NCBI GenBank assembly: GCA_951406725.2
Contig: OX597823.1
Location: 16,492,001 to 16,556,000, forward strand
Direction: 5' to 3'
From: Octopus vulgaris
Taxonomy: Eukaryota
Length of the DNA: 64,000 nucleotides
In this document: piece by piece, positions 12,642 to 25,954 of the stretch
Position numbering within the stretch: position 1 is the stretch's first letter
How the letters are laid out: every line of letters begins with the position of its first letter
Made by a program: the position numbers and the translations under genes
Notes under the pieces: generated by a model
What the model was told of the DNA's origin: nothing
The model's input: the letters and a program-made list of their open reading frames with translations, nothing else
The model's database searches: none

Positions 12642-12726
12642 CTGGAAACAGAGAGTTCCAAAAGTAAACAAATAGTTAAAGAAATCTTTTCCAGAAAACA
12701 GTAATCAAGAATACACACACACACAC

Positions 12727-12786
<60 letters not shown>

Positions 12787-12794
12787 GCATATGC

Positions 12795-13197
12795 TCTTTT
12801 ACATGTTTCAGTCATTTGACTGTGGCCATGCTGGAGCACCGCCTTTAGTCGAGCAAATCGACTCCAGGACTTATTCTTTGTAAGCCTAGTACTTATTCTA
12901 TCGGTCACTTTTGCCAAACTGCTAAGTTATGGGGACGTAAACACACCAGCATCGGTTGTCAAGCAATGTTGGGGGAACAAACACAGACACACAAATACAT
13001 ATACACATATATATATATATATACATATACATGACAGGCTTCTTTCAGTTTCCGTTTACCAAATCCATTCACAAGGCTTTGTTCGGCCCAAGGCTATAGT
13101 GGAAGACACTTGGCCCAAGATGCCATGCAGTGGGACTGAACCCGGAACCATGTGGTTCATAAGCAAGCTAGTTACCACACAGCCACTTCTGCACCTA
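12795..13197 (-). mobile_element. tRNA-derived SINE family A
   Basis: Full-length reverse-complement copy. Confidence 0.85.
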
Positions 13198-13215
13198 TAT
13201 CTTCATCATCATCAT

Positions 13216-13267
<52 letters not shown>

Positions 13268-13879
13268 CATTACATACACACACACACACATACACACACT
13301 CACACACATATATTCATATATACATTATATATATAAATATATCTTTTCTTTTAATAGTAGAGTGCTGTTTACCAATGGTTTCATGTTAATATTTTTTTCG
13401 GTTGTGGTTTGAGTAATAGCAACAATTATTAGTGTTATATTAACAGTACTCTACTAAGAAATTATTCATCCATCAGAATGGTGATGATCACTCATTCTTT
13501 AATTCATAGTGTGTGTGTATGCGCACGCGTGTGTGTGTGTCTGTGTGTCTGCGTAGGTAATGATCCAATGGTACATTACTAACAGTTTTCACACACACAA
13601 AAATCAATTTTATGGATAGTCCGGCCCTTCATTGCACTTCTTGCTCCTTTTTCTTCTTTGTCCTATTCCCCTTTTATTGCCATTGACCAAGTATTTCTCT
13701 CTCTTTCTCTATATTTCTTTTCAACACTATGTTCTCCCTTTCTCCCTTGCTTTCCCTTATTCATCTTCCTTCCCTTCTCTATCCACTCCCCTTTCAGCTC
13801 TTTTCTTCTTTTCCATCCTTCCCCTCCCACAGTTTTTTCTCTCCTATTTCCTTCCTTTTTACTTCAACCAAAGAGACAT

Positions 13880-15130
13880 TGTATTGTTGAACTAGGTTAT
13901 GGAAATTACAGAAAGAGTTATTGCAAAATTGATTATGGAAAAAGATTAGCCTGAATGAGATGCAGTTTGATTTTGTGCCTGGAAGAAATACCATCAATGC
14001 TCTTTCCTGGTGAGACAACTTCAGAAAAAGTACTTAGTTAGGAGTAAATTCCTGTACTTAGCATTAATCAAATTTAGAGAAGGGCTTGACAAGGTCTCTC
14101 ACTGTGGTTTGATGTCACTAAGAAAGTCAGGAGATGAGCAGACAAATGGCTTGTGAGGGTCATACAACCCATGTACTGTGGTGCAGTTAGTGAGCATCAA
14201 CAATGAATTCAGTAATGAATATAGTATGAAGATAGAGGTTCATTAAATCTCAGTTATCAGTCCCTTTTTGCTAATTATAGCCAACCAAGACATAAAAGAG
14301 GTGTTGAAGGCCAGCTGTTCAGGTTAAACTCATATATGCTGACAACCTCATAGCTGAATCTGAAGTAGATTTAGAGAAGGCTTTGAAGCAAAAGCTGGAA
14401 TTAAGAAGCCTCAAAGTAAACTTAGCAAAGACTAAAACTGTAAGAAGCAGAAAAGAAAAGAAGACAAGATATTGGCATCACTGGAGAAATGATCACACTC
14501 CATATGCAGAAAAAGATTAAAGAGAAATTCTAATCATTGTACCCAGTTTAAACAATGAACACATAAGTAATGTAGTGGTATTACAGACAGACAAACAGAA
14601 AGGATAGGATTCATATACAACAGGTATACAGAGGTTATAAATTCCAGAAGCACATGGGAAAGAGATTCTCTCAAATGTAAAAAAGGTTCCCAGGGAGATG
14701 ATAGGTTTTGTTATTTAGATCACCTAATTAGTAGCAGGATTGGACGTTTTGAAAGCATAGTGGCTTGTGTAAGAACAGGTTTTCAAAAATTTAGGGGGCT
14801 ATTACTTTTGCTATCAACAAAAGCTTCTTTCTCTGAAAGAAAGTTATATTGTAAGATTCTAGTGTACACAAAGTAATGCTGCATGGCAGTGAGATGTGGA
14901 CTTTAAATGAAGAGGATTTTCAAAGACGATAAAGAATTGTAAACATGCTTCACAGGATGTATAATGCTAGTGTGCATTGAACTACAGAATACAAAAGTGA
15001 GCTGAGACAAAAACTGGATACAAGTGGACAAGAATGAAGACTGTACTGATGTGGAAATGTGATGCAAGCAAAAATGACAGCTGGATAAAGAAGTGCCAAG
15101 TACTCAAAATGAATGGAATGTGAGGAGATA
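13880..15130 (+). pseudogene. heavily decayed RTE-like LINE reverse transcriptase
   Basis: Broken frames read MQFDFVPGRNTINA..VRQLQKKYL..LYLA, IYADNL and FCYL. Many stops. Confidence 0.7.
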
Positions 15131-15882
15131 TCATTGGTGATATTGCAAGGAGATATTATTGGTGATAACAAGGCCCAGTATTATTCTTGCTGGCTGCCTA
15201 CCAATACTCCCTCACAGAGTATTTGTTGATGACATCAATCCCTCTTTTTTGCCATTGCCCATTTCTATACTTTCCATTACTGAATCTCACTTTCACACTT
15301 ATAAGTGTGTAGTTGACATAACTGTCTCTCTTTCATTACTCTTCCAGAGCAGTTATGCTTTCCCAACGCTTGCTTCTTTCACCAACACACTCTGGTTTTT
15401 CTGTCATCACTCTCTTATCTATTTACTCTTCTTAGTCACACCATCTTGAACAAATTTAGTCACTGCAGAGTCAAGAGATCTCTTTAATGCTATTGGGGAC
15501 ATGATAACCTCTCAGGTGTTGGTGCCATGTTGAAATATACTAAATACTCTCTGTAAAGTGATTGATGATAGAATGATCATCCAGCCATAGAAATCACACT
15601 GAGAAAGGAATATATGAGTGAGATTATGGTTCTTCAACCTGTCTAAGGAGATTATAACTTCAAATCAGAAATGAGTTGGATCTTTGCAACCTGTCCAAGC
15701 AGTGTCTGCACCAAAACAGATGTAAACATATGTACACGGAAACATATACATACATATATATATATGTCACCATGATAAATTCGTTATCCACTACACACAT
15801 TTTACTAATACATCTGTTTGTTTTCTACACCACCTGTCTTCGTCTTTTGTTTTTTTCGTGAACTCTCCCCATACATATACAT

Positions 15883-15958
<76 letters not shown>

Positions 15959-15959
15959 G

Positions 15960-16666
15960 TCGGTGATATGTAAAAGCACCATCCGTTCGTGTCCGTTTGC
16001 CATGTCTGGCCCCCATGTCGGTGACATGTAAAAGCACCATCCGTTCGTGTCCGTTGCCTGCCACACGCCCATCCGTTCGTGTCCGCCCCCATGGCCCCCA
16101 TGTCGGTGACATGTAAAAGCACCGTCCGTTCGTGTCCGTTGCCAGCCTCGCCTGGCCCCCGTGCCGGTGACACGTAAAAGCACCATCCGTTCGTGGCCGT
16201 GTGCCAGCTCTGTCTGGCCCCCGTGTTGGTGGCATGTAAAAGCACCATCCGTTCGTGCCCGTTGCCAGCCTCGCCTGGCCCCCGTGCCGGTGACACGTAA
16301 AAGCACCATCCGTTTTGTGGCCGTGTGCCAGCTCTGTCTGGCCCCCGTGTTGGTGGCACGTAAAAGCACCATCCGTTCGCGTCCGTTGCCAGCCTCGCCT
16401 GGCCCCGTGCCGGTGACACGTAAAAGCACCATCCGTTCGTGGCCGTTTGCCAGCTCTGTCTGGCACCTGTGCGGGTGGCACGTAAAAAGCACCCACTACA
16501 CTCACGGAGTGGTTGGCGTTAGGAAGGGCATCCAGCCGTAGAAACACTGCCAGATCTGACTGGGCCTGACGAAGCCTTCCAGCTTCACAGACCCCAGTTG
16601 AACCGTCCAACCCATGCTAGCATGGAGAACGGACGCTAAATGATGATGATGATGATGATGATGATG

Positions 16667-16670
<4 letters not shown>
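15960..16670 (+). mobile_element. family D element with an expanded internal ~61-bp tandem array
   Basis: Nine GTAAAA(A)GCACC-anchored units, followed by the family D 3' body and a (GAT)n tail. Confidence 0.85.
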
Positions 16671-16733
<63 letters not shown>

Positions 16734-16839
16734 CAAACACACATACATATTCACATATGCACCCACATGTAAAATATCATTTGGTATAGAATAAAAAATA
16801 TGAATGCAAGTTAAAGAAATAAATCCTGAAAATACTAAC

Positions 16840-17027
16840 TGGTATCTCATTTCATCAATTGCTGATGCCAAATGTCTAGCATGTTGGTCACATAAATATA
16901 TATTTTTGTCGTTCTCTGGAATCAAATCAACATCGTGAAATACAAAACAATCAAAGCTATCATAGTCAAGGGCCTCCAAGTAACCAATGTTCATCAGCTT
17001 ACCTCGATTAAATGTACTAATTCCACT
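16840..17027 (-). CDS. GT7 gene coding exon 3
   Basis: TTTTAG| SGISTFNRGKLMNIGYLEALDYDSFDCFVFHDVDLIPENDKNIYLCDQHARHLASAIDEMRY CA|GTTAGT. Carries the FNRG.L.N.G and FHDVD (DxD) motifs. Confidence 0.95.
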
Positions 17028-17103
17028 CTAAAATTAGAAGAAAAGAAACATAGACATAGAGAAATAAGTGTAAAAATATAAAAAAAGAAAGCAAATAAAA
17101 TAC

Positions 17104-17517
17104 AGGCGCAGGAGTGGCTGTGTGGTAAGTAGCTTGTTTACCAACCACATGGTTCCGGGTTCAGTCCCACTGCGTGGCACCTTGGGCAAGTGTCTTCTAC
17201 CATAGCCTCGGGCCGGCCAAAGCCTTGTGAGTGGATTTGGTAGACGGAAACTGAAAAGAAGCCCGTCGTATATATGTATATATATATATATGAGCGTATG
17301 TGTGTTTGTGTGTCTGTGTTTGTCCCCCTAGCATTGCTTGACAACCGATGCTGGTGTGTTTATGTCCCCGTTACTTAGCGATTCGGCAAAAGAGACCGAT
17401 AGAATAAGTACTGGGCTTACAAATAGAATAAGTCCCGGGGTCGAGTTGCTCGACTAAAGGCGGTGCTCCAGCATGGCCGCAGTCAAATGACTGAAACAAG
17501 TAAAAGAGTAAAAGAGT
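17104..17517 (+). mobile_element. tRNA-derived SINE family A (reference copy)
   Basis: A-box TGGCTGTGTGG, B-box-like GGTTCAGTCCC, CORE-like CCTTGGGCAAGT, internal AT/GT microsatellite and a (GTAAAAGA)n tail. More than 12 copies in the window. Confidence 0.88.
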
Positions 17518-17733
17518 TTGAAAATTCATCAGATTTTTTTTTCATTTATTTCTTTTTATTAATTCTATATCTCAGTTTATGAACCAAGGCATCATTGGTT
17601 ACAGATTTTCAACAGATTAATTAATCACTGGTTCACTGGATTTTTGATAAAGTGACAAATACCTATAACATGATGCAGCATATACATAACAAAGGACTTT
17701 GAAGGGAAGCAGGTTTTAAGTTCCCTCATTGAT

Positions 17734-17737
<4 letters not shown>

Positions 17738-17813
<76 letters not shown>
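17738..17813. repeat. (CA)n microsatellite
   Basis: Pure CA run. Confidence 0.95.
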
Positions 17814-17815
<2 letters not shown>

Positions 17816-18295
17816 TTCATTTTGGAGTTGCAGATGTGGCTGTCTGGTTGAGAAGTTTGCTTCCCATCCATAAAGTTTCAGAGGTTCATCCTACTTCATA
17901 ACACATTGGGCAAGGTCTTCTACTATAGCTCTGGGTCAACCAAAGCCTTGTGAGTGGAAATGTTAAACAGGAACTGAAAGAACCCTGTCGTGTTTGTGTG
18001 TGTGTGTGCATGCATCAAGTGGCACTGCTCTTTGGCAAACATTTTATACTACAGCCTTAGGTCAAAACTTTGTGAGTGAAATTTGATAAAATGAAACAGT
18101 GCAGAAGCCTATTAGAGGGAGTTCCTCTATCAGCTGCCTTAAAAATTCCAGCTCCACTGCACAACACCTTGGGTGCCTTTAGCAGAGACTGCTTTGTTGT
18201 AAGTATTCTATGATCCAAAGATAACTCCCTGCTACCACTTCCTTTCATCAGTTTCAGAGGCCCTGTCAAAGGTCATAAGTATTCCTCTAGTAAAA

Positions 18296-18770
18296 TACCA
18301 TAAATCCTCAAGTATAGTCCGCCCTTGAGTATAAAATGCAGGGGATTTTTAGGGGGCTTTACCTCTGAAAACCTAAACCTTGTGTATAATACGCACCCCT
18401 TCTCTAAATTGAGTCAAGGAGGTCTATATAACGTCCTTGCTTTGTAAAAATGTATTCGGTAACGTCCGTTATTATTATTGTATATATAACATAATGCAAA
18501 TGTGTAGCTTTTTTGTACATTTTGTTTGCAGAAAATAAAGAAATAACAGTAATAACGTTTAATAAATGTTGCTTACTGCAATGATTTAAGGTATTTTCGT
18601 GCCCGACATCACAAAATGCATCTGAATAAACATTGCCGGACAACAAATAGAGACTCAGACATTGCTTAGAAAATAATTTTCATTTTTAACCTCGTATATA
18701 GTACACACTAGGGAATTTGACCTTTAAATTTGGGGAAAATAATGCGGATTATACTCGAGGATTTACGGTA
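18296..18770. mobile_element. Tc1/pogo-type MITE
   Basis: TIRs TACCATAAATCCTCAAGTATAGTCCGC / GCGGATTATACTCGAGGATTTACGGTA, TA-flanked. Confidence 0.75.
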
Positions 18771-19548
18771 CATAAAAAAAATATTTTCTATCCTATTCTT
18801 CTACTTCTTTCAATCAGTGAATGAATTTTCTAGAATGAAACTGAAAGAAGCCCAGTGTGTGTATGTATACACACACAGGGTTTCTTTCATTTGTAGAAGA
18901 CACTAGCCCAGGGTGCCACACAGTGGGACTGAACCTGAAAACATGTGGGTGGAAAGCAAAGCTCTTAACACACAATCATGCTTGCACCTATAATAATAGT
19001 AGAAAATATATGGTTATTTTAGGAAATAGGTACACAATTGGTATAAATAGACTGTTGGTAGCAGAATTTAAAATAGGAAATGTAACTGGAGTTTGTTATA
19101 GATTTTATAGAAGGAAAAACTGAAAGGAAAATAATTTTATCTTGTCTTGTAAGGAACATGGGAAGACTAGAGGAAGAGAGGGAGAGAGAGAGAGATTGAA
19201 AGAAAGAGAGAGAGAGAGGCATTGAAAGAAAAAGAGAAATAGAGAGAGTGGAAGAGAAAAAGAGTGAGGAAAGTAGAAAGTGAGATAGAAAGCATGGGGG
19301 AAAAAATAAGTTTGCTTTCCAAGGAATACATAAAAATATAGCAATGGAAAACCAGTCTGGGGAAGCATGAGTTAGATAAAGAGAGAGGGAGAGTGGGAGT
19401 GAGTGAGATAGAGAGAGAGAGAGAGAGAGAAAGAGATAGAGAAGAAAGAAGAGAAGGATATAAATCTGAGAACTTTGAAGATTTTTTTATCTCAGTTTGC
19501 ATTCACATTGATTAAACAGCCTTATGTACACAAATTGTTAACTTCATC

Positions 19549-19642
<94 letters not shown>

Positions 19643-19644
19643 GT

Positions 19645-19710
<66 letters not shown>

Positions 19711-20073
19711 CATGTATATATATATATGTATATATATATTGACATGCACACACACACGTAACAGTAGCATAATCAAAGACAAACATAGTTACTCGATTTG
19801 CTAAAAATAGCAGCCAAATCTTTCACTAACCACACCCTACCATCTCTAAAAGGAAAGGTATATTACATAACACAATCTGAAAAGAGGTTAATCACAACTA
19901 GAATGTCTTTGGTCATGGGTTGCTGGATCAGGGCTGACCTAGGGTTTGTACAACAAAAATATAGATTAGATGTCTCTTAATCACACACACTCACACACCG
20001 CACATACATGCAAGCATACATGCACAAGCTTACACAAACACACACAAGCATATATACATGTACATGTACATTT

Positions 20074-20306
20074 AAGGCGGCGAGCTGGTAGAAACGTTAG
20101 CACGCCGGGCGAAATGCGTAGCCGTATTTCGTCTGCCATTACGTTCTGAGTTCAAATTCCACCGAGGTCGACTTTGCCTTTCATCCTTTCTGGGTCGATA
20201 AATAAAGTACCAGTTTCGCACTGGGGTCTATGTAATCGACTTAATCCCTTTGTCTGTCCTTGTTTGTCCCCTCTATGTTTAGCCCCTTGTGGGTAGTAAA
20301 GAAATA
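20074..20306 (+). mobile_element. tRNA-derived SINE family B (Meta-domain-like core)
   Basis: GAGCTGG.AGAA A-box, GAGTTCAAATTCC B-box and core GCCTTTCATCCTTTC.GGGTCGATAAA..AGTACCAG. Other copies at ~1800(-), ~22360(-), 33338(+), 33905(-), ~40605(+), 42598(+). Confidence 0.8.
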
Positions 20307-20648
20307 TATATACATGTACACGTGCGCACATACACACACACACACATGCACGTACACGCATGCACACACATAAATATGCATGCAAACAAACACACACAGA
20401 CAAACATACACACAAGCATAAATAGGGGCATGAAGGAAAGCCTGCATAATTAATGATTTTTTAAAAATACTCTTGGATTATATAGCAGAAATTAAACCCT
20501 CCCCTAAACATGGTTAATATTAGAATGAACTCTACAAGGTTGATTTGACCCCCAGCTTGTCCCACATCCTGACTAGGTCCTCACTGGTATCCTAATTGTC
20601 CTGTAAAAGTTAGAGAACATTCACCTGAAGATTCTTTAGATCACCCAC

Positions 20649-20881
20649 CTGTTCTATAACAAATATTCGGTAGTCAGCTTTCTGTCGAGTGAGCATTGGA
20701 TGTAAACGGTTGAGTAATATTTTCAGATGTTTCCAGCGATCACGATATGGAATCACAATGGCTATTTTCTGCCAAGAATCACAAGTCATTGGTCTCCAAC
20801 TTCCGCCAAGCTTCACTTGTTTGTTTTCTTCTTGAATAAGTTTTATCTCAGGTTCATTGAAAATATCTATTTTTTTAATAC
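20649..20881 (-). CDS. GT7 gene coding exon 2
   Basis: TTTAG|GT acceptor; IKKIDIFNEPE...VKLGGSWRPMTCDSWQKIAIVIPYRDRWKHLKILLNRLHPMLTRQKADYRIFVIEQ|GTGGGT. Carries the GT7 motifs GGxWxP..C and AIVIPYRDR..HL. Confidence 0.95.
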
Positions 20882-21084
20882 CTAAAGTGGAAACAAAAAA
20901 TAAAAAGAATAAACTCACTTAGAAATTTTTTTTTGTTACTCAGTGAGAAGGCAAAGAAAAAGAACATCTTAGCAAGACTTGTTTGCTGCTGTTGTTTAAC
21001 CTGAGGTTAGTATTGACTGAGTAAACTTTGAATTAAAAGCATTCCAGTCATGATCATCCCATCGTATTTTCTTGGTATGGTCAT

Positions 21085-21975
21085 GTACTATGGATGGATG
21101 AGGAGAGATGTGTGAAGAAGTGCCACTCCCAAAATGTTGAAGGAATCCGGGGTAGAGATAGACCCAGGAAGACATGAGATGAGATGGTCAAACATGACCT
21201 TCAAACGTTGGGCCTCACAGAGGCTATGACAAAAGACTGAGACCTCTGGAGATATGCTGTGACTGCAAAGACCCCACAAATGAAGTGAGTTCATGGCTTG
21301 CAGGACGGCCTGCTGTGCTAACCTTGGATTGTACGGTGACCTGCTGTGCTTGAGGAGACCTATTGAGTCAAGTACATCAACATCAAAATAAAGAGCAATT
21401 GGATATTGTAGTTGTGATACCCATTCCGGTGACACGTTGGGCCTCACAAAGGCAATGACGAAAGACCGAGGCCTCCTGAGATATGCTGTGACTACAAAGA
21501 CCTGACAAATGAAGTGAGTTCATGGCTTGCAGGACGGCCTGCTGTGCTAACCTTGGATCGTAGGGTGACCTGCTGTGCTTGTGGAGACCTATTGAGTCAA
21601 GTACGTCAACATCAACATCAGAATAAAAATCAAATGGAAATTGTAGTTATGATACCCATGCTGGTGGCACGTAAAAAGCGCCATTCAAGTGTGACTAATG
21701 CCAGTGCCACCTGACAGGCGTCCATGTCAGTGACATGTAAAAAGCACCAACTGATCATGGCCGTTTGCCAGCCTCCTCTGGCCCCTGTGCTGGTGGCACG
21801 TAAAAAGCACCCACTATACTCATGGAGTGGTTGGCATTAGGAAGGGCATTGAGCTGTAGAAACACTGCCAGATCGGACTGGAGCCTGGCGCAGCCTCCTG
21901 GCTTCCCAGACTCCAGTCGAATTGTTCAACCCATGCTAGCATGGAAAACGGACGTTAAACGATGATGATGATGAT
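21085..21975 (+). mobile_element. RTE-like LINE 3' end continuing into the family D tail, with an internal ~230-bp tandem duplication
   Basis: GHV..MDE..CVKKC...GRPRKT-like decayed frame at ~21085-21200. Block 21205-21432 is repeated at 21435-21660. Family D tail ends in (GAT)n. Confidence 0.7.
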
Positions 21976-23689
21976 GGTGAGTGCAACATACCTAATGTAA
22001 CTGTCAAAAAAACAGAGTGAGATTTGAGGAAGAATTGGTGCTTAATTATAAGATGTCAAGTGGCTCCCTCATTGGTTGTAAAACAGTGATATGTGAGAAA
22101 TTTGGCTGCTATATTTAGCAAGTCATCCAACTACACAGAGGCCCTTTCAATAGCTTGAGTACAAAAGTGAGTTGAGAATGTGACTGTGCATCAGTGGCCT
22201 TGACTGATGAGCCAGCACATGTGCATATAATAGCAGTGTAGCATGTGTGCATGTGCATAATAAAGGAGCAGCTGTTGCAGAGTAGACATATAATGTGAGT
22301 GGATGAGTTATAGAATGTGACTAAAAATACATATCAGGAGCTATCAGTTATGGAAGTGGGCCCAAAATTTTGGGGAAAGGGGTCCAGTCGATTACATTGA
22401 CCCAGTACACAACTGGTACTTAATTTATCGACCCCCAGAAGGATGAAAGGTAAAGTCAACCTCGGCAGAATTTGAACTCAGAACGTAAAGACAGATGAAT
22501 TCCTGCTAAGCATTTCGCCCGGTGTGCTAATGTTTCTGCCATCTCGCCACGTTAAGGAAAGATACACAAAGAACTGGCAAGACCTGATCTGAGGATTTGA
22601 GTTTCACTGAAGAGATGACACAATTTCAAAGAAAGTGAAGATATCATATACTGCGAATTCAATCATCCATATGATCATTCGACCAGCTAAAAATAACAAG
22701 TAATTCTCCTTCAAGGTACACTATACTATATTTAAAAAAACAAAAAACAGAACACATTAGATAACGTAGTCCTGCAGAGACTGATCTAAGGATCTTTTCA
22801 GTTTAGCAGCCAATTTTCAATCTTTTCAATTCCTGCTTGAATTGATCTCATATTTGGTGTAATGATATGGTTTTATATGCTAATCACTCCTTTGAAAATC
22901 ATTTTTGCAATAAATCAATAAAGAGTTATTATCTTTTAAAGTTTGAAAATTTTGGGTAATTTTAGTCAATTGTAAGCCACAGACACAGTCATGCCTGTTT
23001 CTATAGTAACAAGCCAAACATGATAACTCTTTTATCTGCAAGATAACACATGTTGACAAATATACTCTACCCTGTGTTCTGCTGCTTGTATTCTGATTGA
23101 GAGATGTGCTAAAAATAACAACCAAATAGGCTTTAAATCATGTACCTCCCAATTTTTTTTTCTTTTTTGGTTTTTGCATAATTATTTGAATTCTTGAGTG
23201 AAGAATACAAATTCGCTAAAATTTTCTGAAAATTCCAAAAAGTAAAAGGGTTATGAGGGGTTATATGTTGTCTGTAAAGTAAAAGTTGATTTATTTACAG
23301 TTTCATATTAATCCCATGACATCGGTTGACATAAATTTATGTGTGCTGTGTACTCGCTTTGAATCAGATGACAACAATATATGCAACCCTATCTACTGTA
23401 GTTTTGTGCCTGTTTGTGTAGCAGTTGATATAAATATCCACTATCATTCACAGAATCGATAATAGAGGCCACCATGCAAATTTCAAGGAGTCTGATAGGT
23501 TTGTTAGACTCTTCATGAAAATATTTCCAACTCAGTTCAAGACTTCATCACCATAACAGTATAAAAGCAGCAGTTTTGGTGGATTACACAACCATTTACA
23601 CTATGACTTCCCATCAAATTCGTATGCATTCAGCAAATTCTTCTCACTCTGTGGAGGGATCTTATTTCAGCAGTAACACTACAGGAGCA

Positions 23690-24005
23690 TTTTGCCCAGT
23701 TGTTTGTTCCTTCTCGAGCCATGCCTGGCTCATAAGGGCCGGTTTCCCGGTTTCCTTGGCATATAGGTTCCTCACCTGGACGGGACGCCGGTCCGTCGCA
23801 GGTGAGCTGCAAGATGCAGGAGGAAATAATGAGAGAAAGTTGTGGCAAAAGAGTCAGCAGAAGTTCACCATTACCTTCTGCCGGAACACTGAGGAGCTTA
23901 GGTGTTTTGCTCATAAACACACATATATCACCTGGTCTGAGATTCGAACCTGCGACCCCTCGACTGCAAGTCCGCTGCTCTAACCACTAAGCCACGTGCC
24001 TCCAT
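23690..24005 (-). mobile_element. tRNA-derived SINE family C variant
   Basis: The reverse complement begins TGGAGGCACGTGGCTTAGTGGTTAGAGCAGCGGACTTGCAGTCG...GGTTCGAATCTC. Confidence 0.75.
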
Positions 24006-24512
24006 ATTTTGCTCAGTAGTGACAGTTTACATAAATAAAATGAGCTGCTTTAAAGTGGTTGAGGTAAATATATGCCAAACCATTGTCATGTGCTAATTGC
24101 TGATCTTGGTCACGGTAATTACTGTCAGTGCAACCTAGTTGCCTGATAGAAAAAAACCATAGTCATGAGTTTAAAACATATCACACACAAAATGACAGCT
24201 TCCAAATCTTGTTTTCTGACTGGGTGAAAATAATCAAACTTTAAAACTCTATAACTTTTTTTTAAAATTTTCTGAAAAAAAGTGAATCAGCTTGGAAAAC
24301 TACATTAATGTACCAAATTTTAAAATTTTCAATAAACTTTGAATTTTCGAAAACTGGCATCCAAACTGAAAAGATCCGTATACTCTCTTTACTCTTTTAC
24401 TTGTTTCAGTCATTTGACTGTGGCCATGCTGGAGCACCACCTTTGTTTGAAGTTGATAAAATGACTACCAGTTATATTTGGAGGTTGAATTCATCCAATA
24501 TATATCCCCAAA

Positions 24513-25075
24513 TGGATGCGTGTGGCTTAGTGGTTAAGAGTGTTGAACTCATGATTGTAAGGTTGTGGTTTCAATTCCTGGACTGGACGAAGCGTTGTGT
24601 TCTTGAGCAAAACACTTCATCTCACATTGTTCCAGTCCACTCACCTGGCAAAAATGAGTAATCCTGCAATTGACCAGTGTCCCATCCAGGTGGGGAATTT
24701 CTACGTCACTGAAACTGAGAAACTAGCCCTTATGAGCCTGGCATGGCTTGAGAAGGAACATTTTGTGGAGGCACAATGGCCCACTGGTTATGGCAGCGGA
24801 CTCGCAGTCAGAGGATCATGGTTTCGATTCCCAGACCAGGCATTGTGTGTTTTTATTGAGCGAAAACACCTAAAAAGCTCCACAAGGCTCTGGCAGGGGG
24901 TGGTGGCGACCCTTGTTGTACTCTTTCACCACAACTTTCTCTCACTCTCTCTTCCTGTTTCTTGAGTAAGGCTGCGATGGACTGGTGTCCCGTCCAGCTG
25001 TGGGGAACAAATACGCCACAGAAACCAGGAAACCGGGCCCATGAGCCTGGCTAGGCTTGGAAAAGGCAATGTTTA
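24513..25075 (+). mobile_element. two tandem tRNA-derived SINEs (family C relatives)
   Basis: Heads at ~24513 (TGGCTTAGTGGTTAAG) and ~24765 (GTGGAGGCACAATGGCCC), with a shared 3' ATGAGCCTGGC motif. Confidence 0.7.
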
Positions 25076-25954
25076 TCGTATATATCCCCAAGATTATCTT
25101 TGTGAAAAGCTGGAAATCATTACTGTTATTTATTAAGCCAAGCATTTATGAGATAGTTTTGCTTTATTTAATTCCTTTCAGACATTCCTTTAACTAAGTC
25201 TTGTAGGATACAATCAAATCTCTTCCGTTTTCATCCTCCGCATCATCATAAAAAAACTAACAAAAAAAAACATATCTTAAGTGAAGGCCCATCCATTACA
25301 GACAACACTAATCAAAAGATCCATACTTGGTGAGAAAACTATTATAATAGTTTTCTCACCAAGATCAACTGATGCTAAAAATCATTTATGCTTTTAATTT
25401 TCTATAAAGCAGAACAATAAAAGAACATCTTGATTGTACTTTTGTTAGTACGAGTGGTTGGTTGTGCGTGGGATTTATTTGCTTTCGCTACCGGTAAATG
25501 TCGTGGTTGTGCTGGGATTATCTCAGTTGTAGGAGCAGCTAATAACTAAGTAAATAGAATTGTTAAGATATTGATTAATAATGTAGACACAATACTTCAA
25601 ATAAGGACAAGGAGGTATAGTTTGATTATTTTATCAACCCCAGGAGTATAAAACCCAACATCATTCTTGGCAGAAAGGGAACTCAGAATATAAAGGGTTA
25701 AATATGGCAAAAAATTTTGTTTGCTGCTGTAATGATTCTTTCCAATGTTAAAAGCAGAAAATGCAGGTTTTATTGTTGTTTAGACTTAATTTAGTCCTGA
25801 TTGAGCAGAAGTGATGGTTGTGTTTCCTTTTTCTTTCTCAGGTATCCAGAACTATATTACCTAATCTTTTTCTTTTCAGTCTTTTTTGTTTGAAGAGGAT
25901 AAGGTTTGATATGACTGAGATTTGGTTGTTGTTCTAACAGGTTAAAGGATAGCA

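Noticed and set aside
15960-16495. CRISPR-like regular repeats and 200-260 aa ORFs
   Set aside because: The intervening sequences are themselves repeated (A/B), there are no cas genes, and the context is a eukaryotic intron. The ORFs are open only because the GC-rich unit lacks stops.
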